Below are positions 1-8,114 of a stretch of 24,000 bases of DNA, piece by piece. The number at the start of each line of letters is the position of its first letter. Positions within the stretch are counted from its first letter, which is position 1. The position numbers were made by a program, and so were the translations under genes. Source of the DNA: an uncultured Acidobacteriota bacterium (GTDB lineage Bacteria; Acidobacteriota; Terriglobia; Terriglobales; Acidobacteriaceae); NCBI GenBank assembly GCA_963785655.1, contig CAWAVZ010000003.1, positions 328,772 through 352,771 of the forward strand, in the 5' to 3' direction. The notes beneath the pieces were generated by a model. It made no database searches, had not been told where the DNA came from, and saw only the letters and a list, made by a program, of their open reading frames with translations.

Positions 1-215
1 ACTGCGTCGCTCCCGGCTGGGTGGATACCGATATGTCGCGTTCCACGCTTGACGATCCTGAGAGCGCGAAGAAAGTCTTGAATACGATCCCCTTAGGACG
101 GGTGGGTACACCCGACGAAATTGCCGCCCCTGTGTTGTTCCTGTGCACTCCAGGGGCTGGTTTTATCAGCGGCGAAGTCTTTAACGTGAATGGAGGCGCG
201 GTCCTGGCAGGATAG
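1..215 (+). CDS. SDR-family (FabG-like) oxidoreductase, C-terminal fragment; 5' end is off-window
   Basis: The frame is open from the window edge (codon phase starts at nt 3). The translation ...CVAPGWVDTDM...IPLGRVGTPDEIAAPVLFLCTPGAGFISGEVFNVNGGAVLAG* is the typical C-terminus of short-chain dehydrogenases/3-oxoacyl-ACP reductases (PLGR.G.P.EIA..V.FL.S..A.[FY]ITG..L.V.GG). Confidence 0.8.
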   Translation, partial: CVAPGWVDTDMSRSTLDDPESAKKVLNTIPLGRVGTPDEIAAPVLFLCTPGAGFISGEVFNVNGGAVLAG

Positions 216-270
216 ACCGGCGCGGTCAAAGCCGCCGAGACTCATTCAAAAATTGCATCTAAGATAGTGA

Positions 271-1104
271 GTGATGAAATATGCCGCCGCGTTGTTGTTG
301 CTGACCGCGCTTATCTTTACCCAGAGCGCCTTGTGCGCAGGCCAGCAGGGCCCATCTGAAGGCGCTCCCGACCAAACTACTTCCTCAATACCGGTTGATC
401 AAGAAAACGTCCGCAAAGCTAAAGCAGTTCTGGACCAAGCCATTCAGGCGCTTGGGGGCGATGCGTACCTGAACTGGAAGGAGATGTCGCAGGAAGGTCG
501 CGCTTATAGCTTCCATCACGGCCAACCCAACAGCCTGGGGACACTTTTCTGGCGCTTCAAGCAATTTCCTGATAAGGAACGCGTCGAACTCACCAAGAAA
601 CGTGACGTGATCGAAATTTTCAGCGGTGACAAGGGCTATGAGATCACCTATAAGGGCGTCCGCAATCTGGATCAAAAGGACGAACTCGATCCTTTCCTTC
701 GTCGGCGCCACTATTCACTCGACCTGGTCCTACGTGAGTGGCTGCACCAACCGGGCATCGCACTGTTCTATGAAGGGCAGACGGTAGCCGCGCAGAAGGA
801 AACCAACCAGGTCACTATCATGAATGCGAAGAATGAGGCCGTCACCTTGAACTTTGAAATCAATACCCACCTTCCGGTAAAGAAGAGCTTTGTCTGGCGG
901 GACCCGGTGGACAAACAGCGCAACGTCGAGGAAGAAATATTCGACAACTACCGATTGATACAGGGCATCATGACCCCGTTTGACCTTACCCGCACCTTCA
1001 ACGGGGACATGTCCGCGCAGTCTTTCCTGACCTCTGCCAGCTATAACCAGCCTGTACAGGACAGCTTCTACGATCCTCACGCGTCGGCGCCCAAACACCG
1101 CTGA
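271..1104 (+). CDS. secreted protein of unknown function (cleavable signal peptide; possibly LolA-like fold)
   Basis: 277-codon ORF with a GTG at 271 and an ATG at 274. The N-terminus MKYAAALLLLTALIFTQSALCAGQQ is a classic Sec signal peptide. I recognise no catalytic motif. The LolA-like/lipoprotein-sorting guess is only a compositional impression. Confidence 0.6.
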   Translation: MMKYAAALLLLTALIFTQSALCAGQQGPSEGAPDQTTSSIPVDQENVRKAKAVLDQAIQALGGDAYLNWKEMSQEGRAYSFHHGQPNSLGTLFWRFKQFPDKERVELTKKRDVIEIFSGDKGYEITYKGVRNLDQKDELDPFLRRRHYSLDLVLREWLHQPGIALFYEGQTVAAQKETNQVTIMNAKNEAVTLNFEINTHLPVKKSFVWRDPVDKQRNVEEEIFDNYRLIQGIMTPFDLTRTFNGDMSAQSFLTSASYNQPVQDSFYDPHASAPKHR

Positions 1105-1295
1105 GGTGTTTCTGTTTCAGAAACCATACGGGTTAGAGCTTTGGTGCGCCGCAAATCATCGCAGTGAGCGTAAACTGCTTGTTTTGCGGTGTTTGAACGA
1201 TATTCCGCGCTTATTACGCGGAAGCTACTGTGGCTAATTTGCCACAGACAAAATTCTATCGCTAGGCATTAGCCTACTTATTCCAACACCCCGTT

Positions 1296-2201
1296 TTGAT
1301 TCAGGAACAAACAATTCGCTCCGCCGCCCAGTGCAGCGGAATCGGGCTGCACTCAGGCGCGCCGGTCAATCTGAAGATACTGCCCGCTCCCGCCGGAACT
1401 GGCATCGTCTTCCGACGCACTGATCTTGACGGCTTTGAAGTCGAAGCCATCAGCCGTAATGTTGCCCGCGTCAGCTACGCCACCAGCTTGATGAAGAAAA
1501 GCGTGCTCATCTCTACCACCGAGCACCTGCTATCCGCCTTTGTAGGCATGGGCATAGATAACGCCATCGTCGAGCTCGACAACCTGGAACTTCCAATTCT
1601 GGATGGAAGCGCCCGGCCCTTTGTCGATCTGGTCCGCCGTGCGGGAGTGCGTAAGCAGCGCCGGCCGCGAACTTACGTCCGTATTCTGCGGCCGCTCGAA
1701 TTGCGGGATGGCAACAAGTTCATCGCCGTGTATCCTGCCGACCGTTATTCCGTCTCATACACCATCAATTTTCCGCATCCGCTGATCGGGCGCGAAAGCC
1801 ACGCGCTCGAGCTGACCAATGGCCAGTACGTTTCTCATATCGCTCCGGCCCGCACCTTCGGCTTCTTGCACGAAGCCGAAGCCATGCGTCAGCAGGGTCT
1901 GATTCGTGGCGCATCCCGCGAGAATGCGATTGTGCTGACGCGCGACGGTGTGGAAAATCCCCCTCTGCGTTTTAACGACGAATTTGTACGCCACAAGATC
2001 CTCGATTTGATCGGTGACCTGGCGCTGGTCGGACATCAGATTTTGGGCAACGTTGTCGCCGATCGTGCCGGACACGCCATGCACACCGCGCTGGTTTCCC
2101 GTCTTCTGCGGGACAAGAGTCTCTGGGAAGAAACAACCCTTTCAGAAGAAGAATCCAGCGAGTACGCGCAGCCTGAAATCTCCGCTCATCCGATCCAGTG
2201 A
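1296..2201 (+). CDS. lpxC: UDP-3-O-acyl-N-acetylglucosamine deacetylase
   Basis: TTG start. MIQEQTIRSAAQCSGIGLHSGAPVNLKILPAPAGTGIVFRRTDL aligns residue-for-residue with the E. coli LpxC N-terminus ([44 protein letters not shown]). HK(I/F)LD..GDL and the AGHA.H zinc/catalytic motifs are present. There is a short acidic C-terminal extension. Confidence 0.95.
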   Translation: MIQEQTIRSAAQCSGIGLHSGAPVNLKILPAPAGTGIVFRRTDLDGFEVEAISRNVARVSYATSLMKKSVLISTTEHLLSAFVGMGIDNAIVELDNLELPILDGSARPFVDLVRRAGVRKQRRPRTYVRILRPLELRDGNKFIAVYPADRYSVSYTINFPHPLIGRESHALELTNGQYVSHIAPARTFGFLHEAEAMRQQGLIRGASRENAIVLTRDGVENPPLRFNDEFVRHKILDLIGDLALVGHQILGNVVADRAGHAMHTALVSRLLRDKSLWEETTLSEEESSEYAQPEISAHPIQ

Positions 2202-2263
2202 ACCTTGGCTTACCTCGCCTCGGAGCCCTTGCCAGAGTGGGACGTCGATCTTCATCGGATCGA

Positions 2264-2956
2264 TCACCTCTTGATATCCGAAGACTTGATATCCGAGAAC
2301 GTCGCTTCCTGCCACTCGGCTGCTGGAGAATACCAGTCGCTCGCCCCTGCCTCGTGATTATTGCCACCGCTGCCGTAGCCGACAGTTGGATCCCGCCAAT
2401 AGTCGAAACCTATTTGCAGAAGCGCGCCGCTAGAAACTTTGGCACGAATTTTCACCGTGCATCCTTCGAAATGGCCTTGCGGAATAGCAGCGCGCGAAGA
2501 TGCAGCCCAAAAATGCCATACCCGGTCAGGACGGCTGCCGACGTGGAGAACCACAATCTCATGGTTATCGGAATAATCGAGTGGCATGGGATCGTGAACA
2601 TCTGTTCCAAACCATGGGAAGCGGCGGTATAAGCCTCCACGTACCGTTCCTTCGTCATCGTTCAGAACGAAGTTGTGGGCGTCGGCACGGCAAATGAGTT
2701 GAGTGCTTGCGATCTCAATCGTTGCCTCTCTGTAGTTGGGCACGCGGGTATCCGCAATTGCAATTCCCCACAGCATCGCCGACGCGAACTCCGGCGGCTT
2801 TGGAACGGTGTTGATATATCCCGACTTGTATCGGACTTCGGAAGGTATGCGTAGATCGGCCTGTGAGAATAGAAGAGCACTCCCGAAGCAGCCTGTGAGA
2901 GCGGCGACGATTCCCAGCACTTTGCTCCGTCTCGATGCTTGCGGCAAACGGCGCAT
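2264..2956 (-). CDS. hypothetical exported/membrane-anchored protein
   Basis: The track ORF is 2264..3202, but the first 82 codons are Cys/Arg-rich junk that overlaps the divergent CADD gene start. The internal ATG at 2956 gives MRRLPQASRRSKVLGIVAALTGCFGSALLF, i.e. a basic n-region plus hydrophobic helix (signal peptide or anchor). No recognisable domain follows. Confidence 0.5.
   Translation of the reverse strand: MRRLPQASRRSKVLGIVAALTGCFGSALLFSQADLRIPSEVRYKSGYINTVPKPPEFASAMLWGIAIADTRVPNYREATIEIASTQLICRADAHNFVLNDDEGTVRGGLYRRFPWFGTDVHDPMPLDYSDNHEIVVLHVGSRPDRVWHFWAASSRAAIPQGHFEGCTVKIRAKVSSGALLQIGFDYWRDPTVGYGSGGNNHEAGASDWYSPAAEWQEATFSDIKSSDIKR
2270..2299. repeat. 15-bp tandem duplication (cttgatatccgaaga / cttgatatccgagaa) encoding the C-terminal SDIKS-SDIKR of the hypothetical protein
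   Basis: Read directly from the sequence: two adjacent 15-mers, 13/15 identical, lying in-frame at the 3' end of the minus-strand ORF. Confidence 0.9.
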
Positions 2957-3161
2957 CAGAATATCCTTGCATCGCTGAATGCCGTTGCGGCCGGAAAAAT
3001 TGTTATCGTGGGCACATTTTCCCGAAATCGTACTGGGATCGATCTGCAGCACATATCCAGGAACAAACATCCGAGGAACCACGATGCGGACTCGCGACTC
3101 ACTTGCGGGTGTTGCTTTCGAGCTTTGTTCCTCGATACTATGTTTCCTCTGTGGAGGATTA

Positions 3162-3845
3162 ATGACGACGCAAGAATTCTTTGAGCAACTGGATGCACGC
3201 ATTGCGCAATATGACCTGCTTTGCCATCCCTTTTATAAGGCGTGGGCGGCCGGCGAACTCACCCGCGAGGATCTGCGCCAATATGGGCGCGAATATTACT
3301 CGCATGTCGAGGCGTTCCCTTCGTACTTGAACGAATTCGCCTCGCGTACTTCTGACGCGCCACTGCGCCGCGCCGTGCTGGCCAACCGCGATGAAGAAAT
3401 GGGAGCCGACGGATCGCGACCCCACCAGGAACTCTGGCTGGATTTCGTGGAAGGCATGGGTGGAGAGCGCACCAACGCGAACGCTGGGCTTCCTGATATG
3501 AAGGAATTGGTGAACTGGTTTGATCTTGTCGCCCGTGAAGGCGCTTCCGAGGAGGCCCTGGCCGCGTTTTACGCTTATGAGTCGCAGGTCCCACGAGTGG
3601 CGGCAGAGAAAGCGCGCGGTCTGCGGGAAATGTACGGCGCTGACGAAAAGACGTGCGAATATTTCACCCTGCACACCACCGCCGATGTGTATCACTCGCG
3701 GGTGTGGCGGAGTCAGCTGGCGAAGCTGATTGAAAAGAACCCCGAAGCGGGCGCTGCCGCTCTCAATGCTGGAGAGAAAGCCGCAAAGATGTTATGGGCT
3801 GCCCTCGACGGAATCGAGGCCGAGCGCCTGGCCAGAGCAGCATAG
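3162..3845 (+). CDS. CADD/CT610-family di-iron heme-oxygenase-like protein (putative self-sacrificing p-aminobenzoate synthase; often annotated PqqC/TenA-like)
   Basis: ATG at 3162 follows GGAGG (3153-3157). It is strongly colinear with Chlamydia CT610/CADD: HPFYKAWAAGELTREDLRQYGREYYSHVEAFPSYL vs HTFYVKWSKGELTKEQLQAYAKDYYLHIKAFPKYL, AAFYAYESQVPRVAAEKARGL vs AALYSYESQIPRIAREKIRGL, and YFTLHTTADVYHSR vs YFTEHEEADVRHAR. Di-iron ligands (E/H, E, H/D/H) and the Tyr/Lys implicated in pABA formation are retained. The 61-codon upstream extension in the track ORF has no homology. Confidence 0.85.
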   Translation: MTTQEFFEQLDARIAQYDLLCHPFYKAWAAGELTREDLRQYGREYYSHVEAFPSYLNEFASRTSDAPLRRAVLANRDEEMGADGSRPHQELWLDFVEGMGGERTNANAGLPDMKELVNWFDLVAREGASEEALAAFYAYESQVPRVAAEKARGLREMYGADEKTCEYFTLHTTADVYHSRVWRSQLAKLIEKNPEAGAAALNAGEKAAKMLWAALDGIEAERLARAA

Positions 3846-3925
3846 CTTCCCACAAAAGACGCTGCGTCCAGAAAAAGGCCGGCGGTTCGTTCAACCGCTG
3901 GCCCTTCGATTTTGCGAAGGAATAT

Positions 3926-4327
3926 ATGAAACGCGTTCCCATCGGCGCACGCGGCGAAGCGGAAGAAACCGTCGAATTCAAGCACACGTTGACCGCTCAC
4001 CACCCGCAACTGCCGCCCGTCTACTCGACACCTGACATGATTCGTCTTATGGAAACGGCAGCATTCCTTGCCTTGCAGCCCTACTGCGAAGGCGACGAGA
4101 TTAGCGTGGGCACGGCCATCAACATCGAGCACCGCGCCGCATCAGGCATCGGAGCAAAGATCAAAGCTGAGGCAATTGTGGAGAGCTTTGACGGACGCTT
4201 TTATACCGTGAGAGTGTCGGCGAGAGACGGCGAGCGCGAGATCGGGCGCGGCACGGTGGGACGGGCCGTGGTAAGCGTGTCCACCTTTACTGCACGGACA
4301 AAGTCAAAGAAGAGTGCGGAGGCGTAA
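3926..4327 (+). CDS. hotdog-fold thioesterase, fluoroacetyl-CoA thioesterase (FlK)-like family
   Basis: ATG at 3926 follows GAAGGA. EISVGTAINIEHRAASGIGAKIKAEAIVESFDGRFYTVRVSARDGEREIGRGTVGRAVV parallels FlK GSLGTAICVTHTAATPPGLTVTVTAELRSVEGRRLSWRVSAHDGVDEIGSGTHERAVI. Positions equivalent to the Thr/Glu/His triad are present (STPD, METAA, EHRAA). Confidence 0.8.
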   Translation: MKRVPIGARGEAEETVEFKHTLTAHHPQLPPVYSTPDMIRLMETAAFLALQPYCEGDEISVGTAINIEHRAASGIGAKIKAEAIVESFDGRFYTVRVSARDGEREIGRGTVGRAVVSVSTFTARTKSKKSAEA

Positions 4328-4402
4328 AGCAATCTGCATTCTGCAGTCAGTCTCCGAGATCTTAATTCTCCGCCTTCTACCGCTTAGCATTACCATTGAC
4401 CC

Positions 4403-5803
4403 GTGCACCAGCTGGCCCAATCAGTGCTGGGATTTATCCGAAAGCATGATCTCTTGCAACCTGGAGACCGCGTTGGCGTAGCAGTTTCCGGGGGCGCAGA
4501 TTCAGTCGCGTTGCTGCGAATTCTGCTCGAACTTCGCCCTGACTTGGGCATTGTCCTCTGCGCCGTTCACCTCAATCACCAGCTGAGAGGCGATGAATCC
4601 GACGCCGATCAGGAGTTCGTGTCCAAACTCGCCGCGGCCCATGAACTGCAATTCATCTGTGAAAGCGTAGACGCGAAAGCCCATGCGAGCGCAAACAAGC
4701 TCAGCCTGGAGACCGCTGCCCGGAAATTGCGCTATGACTTTTTCAACAAAGTTCTGATCAGTGAGGATCTCGGCCGGATTGCCACGGCGCACACTCTCGA
4801 CGACCAGGCCGAAACTGTTCTGCTGAAGCTTGTACGGGGGACCGGGACGAGAGGGCTAGCAGGAATTTTTCCAAGCCTCAGCAGTCCGCAGTCGTCAACG
4901 GGTAGTTTGCGAAACAAGGCCGTAGTCCGGCCATTGCTGGGAGTTCGCCGTCTGGACATCGAAGCCTACTTGAGCGAGATGAAGCAGGTCTGGCGTGAAG
5001 ATTCCAGCAACCACGAGCTTCGGCACACGCGCAATCGCCTTCGCCACGAGATCCTGCCACGTCTGGAGCAGGAGATAAATCCGCGAGTTCGCGAGGCGCT
5101 GGCCGAGGCGGCGGAAATCGCACGTTCCGAAGAGCAATACTGGTCGGACAAGATCGCCCGTTTGCTTCCCCAAGTCTGGAACCAATCTAAGAACGGCGGC
5201 AGTTTGAGTCGCGACTCGATCGCGCAACTTGAATTTGCGGTACAAAGGCGAATTGTTCGCGCCGTTGGTGAATCGCTCGGCCTCAATTTCGAATTCCGGC
5301 ATGTGGAAGAAATTCTTAATCTGCATGAAGCCAACGACTGTGCCAACCTGGCACACGGCTGGTCAGCGGTGTTGCTCAATCGGAAGGTCCGTTTTGAACG
5401 CGGGGACAGTGAGCCGCGAGACTACGAACATGCGCTGTCGGTGCCGGGAAGAGTGGTTGTTCCCGAAGCCAATGCCGTCATCGAGGCGGTTATGGTCAGC
5501 GAACCAGACCCTCAGTACGCCAACGAACACTTATTGAACAAACATTTCGCCACCAAAGGACTTCTCGTCCGCAACTGGCGTCCCGGCGATCGCTTCTGGC
5601 CCGCAAATCGCAAGCAGCCCAAGAAAATTAAGGATCTGCTGCAGGGCCATCACATCACGGGCGAAGTGAAGAAGAGCTGGCCTGTGGTAGCCAGCGGGGA
5701 CGAAGTCGTTTGGGTCCGCGATTTCGGAGTTCGTCACGACTTTCAGGCAAGAGGCACAGAAGGGGTGCTCATTACCGCATTAATCCTTGAACCTACGTCG
5801 TAA
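4403..5803 (+). CDS. tilS: tRNA(Ile)-lysidine synthetase
   Basis: GTG start. The PP-loop motif VAVSGGADSVALL is followed by HLNHQLRG and TAHTLDDQAETVLL.L.RG.G. A C-terminal substrate-binding region is present. It lies upstream of ftsH, the conserved tilS-(hpt)-ftsH synteny. Confidence 0.9.
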   Translation: MHQLAQSVLGFIRKHDLLQPGDRVGVAVSGGADSVALLRILLELRPDLGIVLCAVHLNHQLRGDESDADQEFVSKLAAAHELQFICESVDAKAHASANKLSLETAARKLRYDFFNKVLISEDLGRIATAHTLDDQAETVLLKLVRGTGTRGLAGIFPSLSSPQSSTGSLRNKAVVRPLLGVRRLDIEAYLSEMKQVWREDSSNHELRHTRNRLRHEILPRLEQEINPRVREALAEAAEIARSEEQYWSDKIARLLPQVWNQSKNGGSLSRDSIAQLEFAVQRRIVRAVGESLGLNFEFRHVEEILNLHEANDCANLAHGWSAVLLNRKVRFERGDSEPRDYEHALSVPGRVVVPEANAVIEAVMVSEPDPQYANEHLLNKHFATKGLLVRNWRPGDRFWPANRKQPKKIKDLLQGHHITGEVKKSWPVVASGDEVVWVRDFGVRHDFQARGTEGVLITALILEPTS

Positions 5804-6085
5804 GGCCCATTAGCGTCCGTTGATTGATCGTTCCCGCCGCTGCTTGCAGTCCTAAGTCGGTCCCAGTTCCATGATGAACTTGTGACCTAAGTTATCCGAA
5901 CAAGCTGCCGCATTTTTTCTTGGAGCGGCGTAGAATGGGTTAGCGTCATTTTGTCGATCTAAATACCGGGGCGAGCATCTAATCCAGTGGGAAGGGTGCA
6001 AATCCGCCGGGCTCCAGCCGGAGTCTAAGCATTTACCAGTGCACCGGGGCAGAAGACAAGGCGGCCTTTCTCAGGAGCTTTTCGA

Positions 6086-7990
6086 GTGAATTCAACGGTT
6101 AAAACGATCATTTTTTGGGTAGTGATTGCGGTTTCTGCCCTCCTGCTGTGGCAGGTGGTCAGGCAGGCCAACTCCGGCCAGAAAGTCCAGGAAATCAATT
6201 TTTCGCAATTCATGAGTGAAGTTGATCAGGGCAGCATTAAGGAAGTGACCCTGACCGGCCAGGAAGCTACCGGGAAAGAAGCCAACGGTGCCAGCTTCCA
6301 TCTGATCGTTCCTGCCAACTACCCGGACATGATCAAGAAGCTCCAGGAGAAAGGCGTCAGTATCACCGTCAAGGATGTGAGCAGTGGCAGTTGGGGCTGG
6401 CTGGTGAATCTTGCGCCGCTCGCGCTGCTGGCTGCGCTCTGGTACTTCATGATCCGGCAGATGCAGACCGGTGGAAACAAGGCCCTGTCATTCGGCAAGA
6501 GCCGGGCGCGCCTGCTCTCCATGCAGCAGAAAAAGGTCACGTTTAAAGACGTAGCCGGCGTGGATGAAGCCAAAGAAGAACTGAAAGAAATTATCGAATT
6601 TCTGCGTGAAGCTCAGAAATTTCAGAAGTTGGGTGGTCGCATTCCCAAGGGCGTGCTGCTGGTCGGGCCTCCGGGAACAGGCAAGACCTTGCTGGCCAGA
6701 GCTGTAGCCGGCGAAGCCAATGTGCCTTTCTTTTCGATTTCGGGTTCCGACTTTGTCGAAATGTTTGTGGGCGTGGGAGCATCCCGGGTCCGCGATTTAT
6801 TCGAACAGGGCAAGAAGAATGCTCCTTGCATCATCTTCATTGACGAAATCGACGCGGTCGGACGTCACCGCGGCGCCGGTCTTGGCGGCGGCCATGACGA
6901 ACGCGAGCAGACTCTGAATCAGTTGCTGGTCGAAATGGACGGCTTCGAATCGAACGAAGGCGTCATTCTGATGGCCGCGACCAACCGGCCTGACGTTCTC
7001 GATCCCGCACTGCTGCGGCCCGGACGCTTTGATCGCCGCGTGGTCGTAAATCGTCCTGACGTTCGTGGCCGCGAAGAGATCCTTCGCGTACATACGCGCA
7101 AGATTCCTTTGGCGGACGATGTTGATCTGTCGGTTCTGGCTCGCGGCACACCCGGCTTCTCCGGCGCCGATCTTGCCAATATGGTTAACGAAGCGGCTTT
7201 GGCAGCGGCCCGGCAGAATCGCAAGGCCGTGCTGCAATACGATTTTGAGCTGGCCAAAGATAAAGTGCTGATGGGAGTCGAGCGCAAGTCGCTCCTGCTC
7301 TCAGACGAAGAGAAGAAAGTAACGGCTTATCACGAAGCCGGCCACGCGCTGGTCGCGGCCAAGTTGCCGAATTCCGATCCACTGCACAAGGTCACGATTA
7401 TTCCTCGCGGAATGGCACTGGGCGTGACCATGCAGTTGCCGATCGATGACAAGCACAACTACACCAAGGATTATCTCGAAACCATGATTGCGATCATGAT
7501 GGGAGGCCGCCTGGCGGAAGAGATTTTCCTGAACCAAATGAGCACCGGCGCTGGGAATGACATTGAACGGGCAACCGAGATGGCCCGCAAGATGGTTTGC
7601 GAATTTGGCATGAGCGACCTCGGCCCCCTGACCTTCGGCAAGAAAGAAGAGCAGATATTCCTGGGACGTGAAATCGCGCAGCACCGCGATTACAGCGAAG
7701 CCACGGCCATTAAGATCGATCAAGAGGTGAAGCGCCTGGTCGGCAAGGGCTATGAGGCGGCAAAGGGTATTCTCGCGACCAATAATGACGCTTTGATTCG
7801 CATCGCTATGGCGTTGCTGGAGCGCGAGGTCCTCGACGCCAATGAAATCAAGTTGCTCATTGAAGGCAAACAGCTACCGAAGATTGTGCCTCCGCCGAAG
7901 TCTGACGATAGCGGCGTACAGCAGGTGCTCAAGCCTGAACCGGGACGTCCGGGCATCGCCAAGGGCGGCGAGCATCCGGCCCCAGCGTAA
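6086..7990 (+). CDS. ftsH: ATP-dependent zinc metalloprotease FtsH
   Basis: GTG start, 8 nt after AGGAG (6072-6076). N-terminal TM helix, Walker [14 protein letters not shown], Walker [32 protein letters not shown], and zinc motif HEAGHA. Confidence 0.97.
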   Translation: MNSTVKTIIFWVVIAVSALLLWQVVRQANSGQKVQEINFSQFMSEVDQGSIKEVTLTGQEATGKEANGASFHLIVPANYPDMIKKLQEKGVSITVKDVSSGSWGWLVNLAPLALLAALWYFMIRQMQTGGNKALSFGKSRARLLSMQQKKVTFKDVAGVDEAKEELKEIIEFLREAQKFQKLGGRIPKGVLLVGPPGTGKTLLARAVAGEANVPFFSISGSDFVEMFVGVGASRVRDLFEQGKKNAPCIIFIDEIDAVGRHRGAGLGGGHDEREQTLNQLLVEMDGFESNEGVILMAATNRPDVLDPALLRPGRFDRRVVVNRPDVRGREEILRVHTRKIPLADDVDLSVLARGTPGFSGADLANMVNEAALAAARQNRKAVLQYDFELAKDKVLMGVERKSLLLSDEEKKVTAYHEAGHALVAAKLPNSDPLHKVTIIPRGMALGVTMQLPIDDKHNYTKDYLETMIAIMMGGRLAEEIFLNQMSTGAGNDIERATEMARKMVCEFGMSDLGPLTFGKKEEQIFLGREIAQHRDYSEATAIKIDQEVKRLVGKGYEAAKGILATNNDALIRIAMALLEREVLDANEIKLLIEGKQLPKIVPPPKSDDSGVQQVLKPEPGRPGIAKGGEHPAPA

Positions 7991-8017
7991 GTCTGCACGT
8001 CAGTTGGAACACGCATC

Positions 8018-8049
8018 AGGGCGGCCCGAGTGGCCGCCCTTTTCATTTG
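8018..8049 (+). terminator. rho-independent terminator of ftsH
   Basis: The perfect 8-bp GC-rich stem agggcggc (8018-8025) / gccgccct (8033-8040) has a 7-nt loop and is followed by tttcatttg. Confidence 0.7.
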
Positions 8050-8114
8050 CTGGCGATTTCTTGTTCCCAATCAGTCCATGCCAGCGACGACTTATCCCGC
8101 GTTAATCAACTGCA

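Noticed and set aside
3159-3695. 178-aa minus-strand ORF antisense to the CADD gene; also the long 5' extensions of track ORFs 2264..3202 and 2979..3845
   Set aside because: The CADD frame is validated by end-to-end homology. The extensions overlap each other across the divergent intergenic region, lack homology, and better internal starts exist (signal peptide at 2956; GGAGG-ATG at 3162).
5990-6012. tRNA T-arm-like string GGGTGCAAATCCGCC (a possible tRNA, e.g. tRNA-Sec, given the selD finding)
   Set aside because: The T-loop would read TGC instead of TTC, flanking bases give only a 2-bp T-stem, and no acceptor, D or anticodon arms can be built around it.
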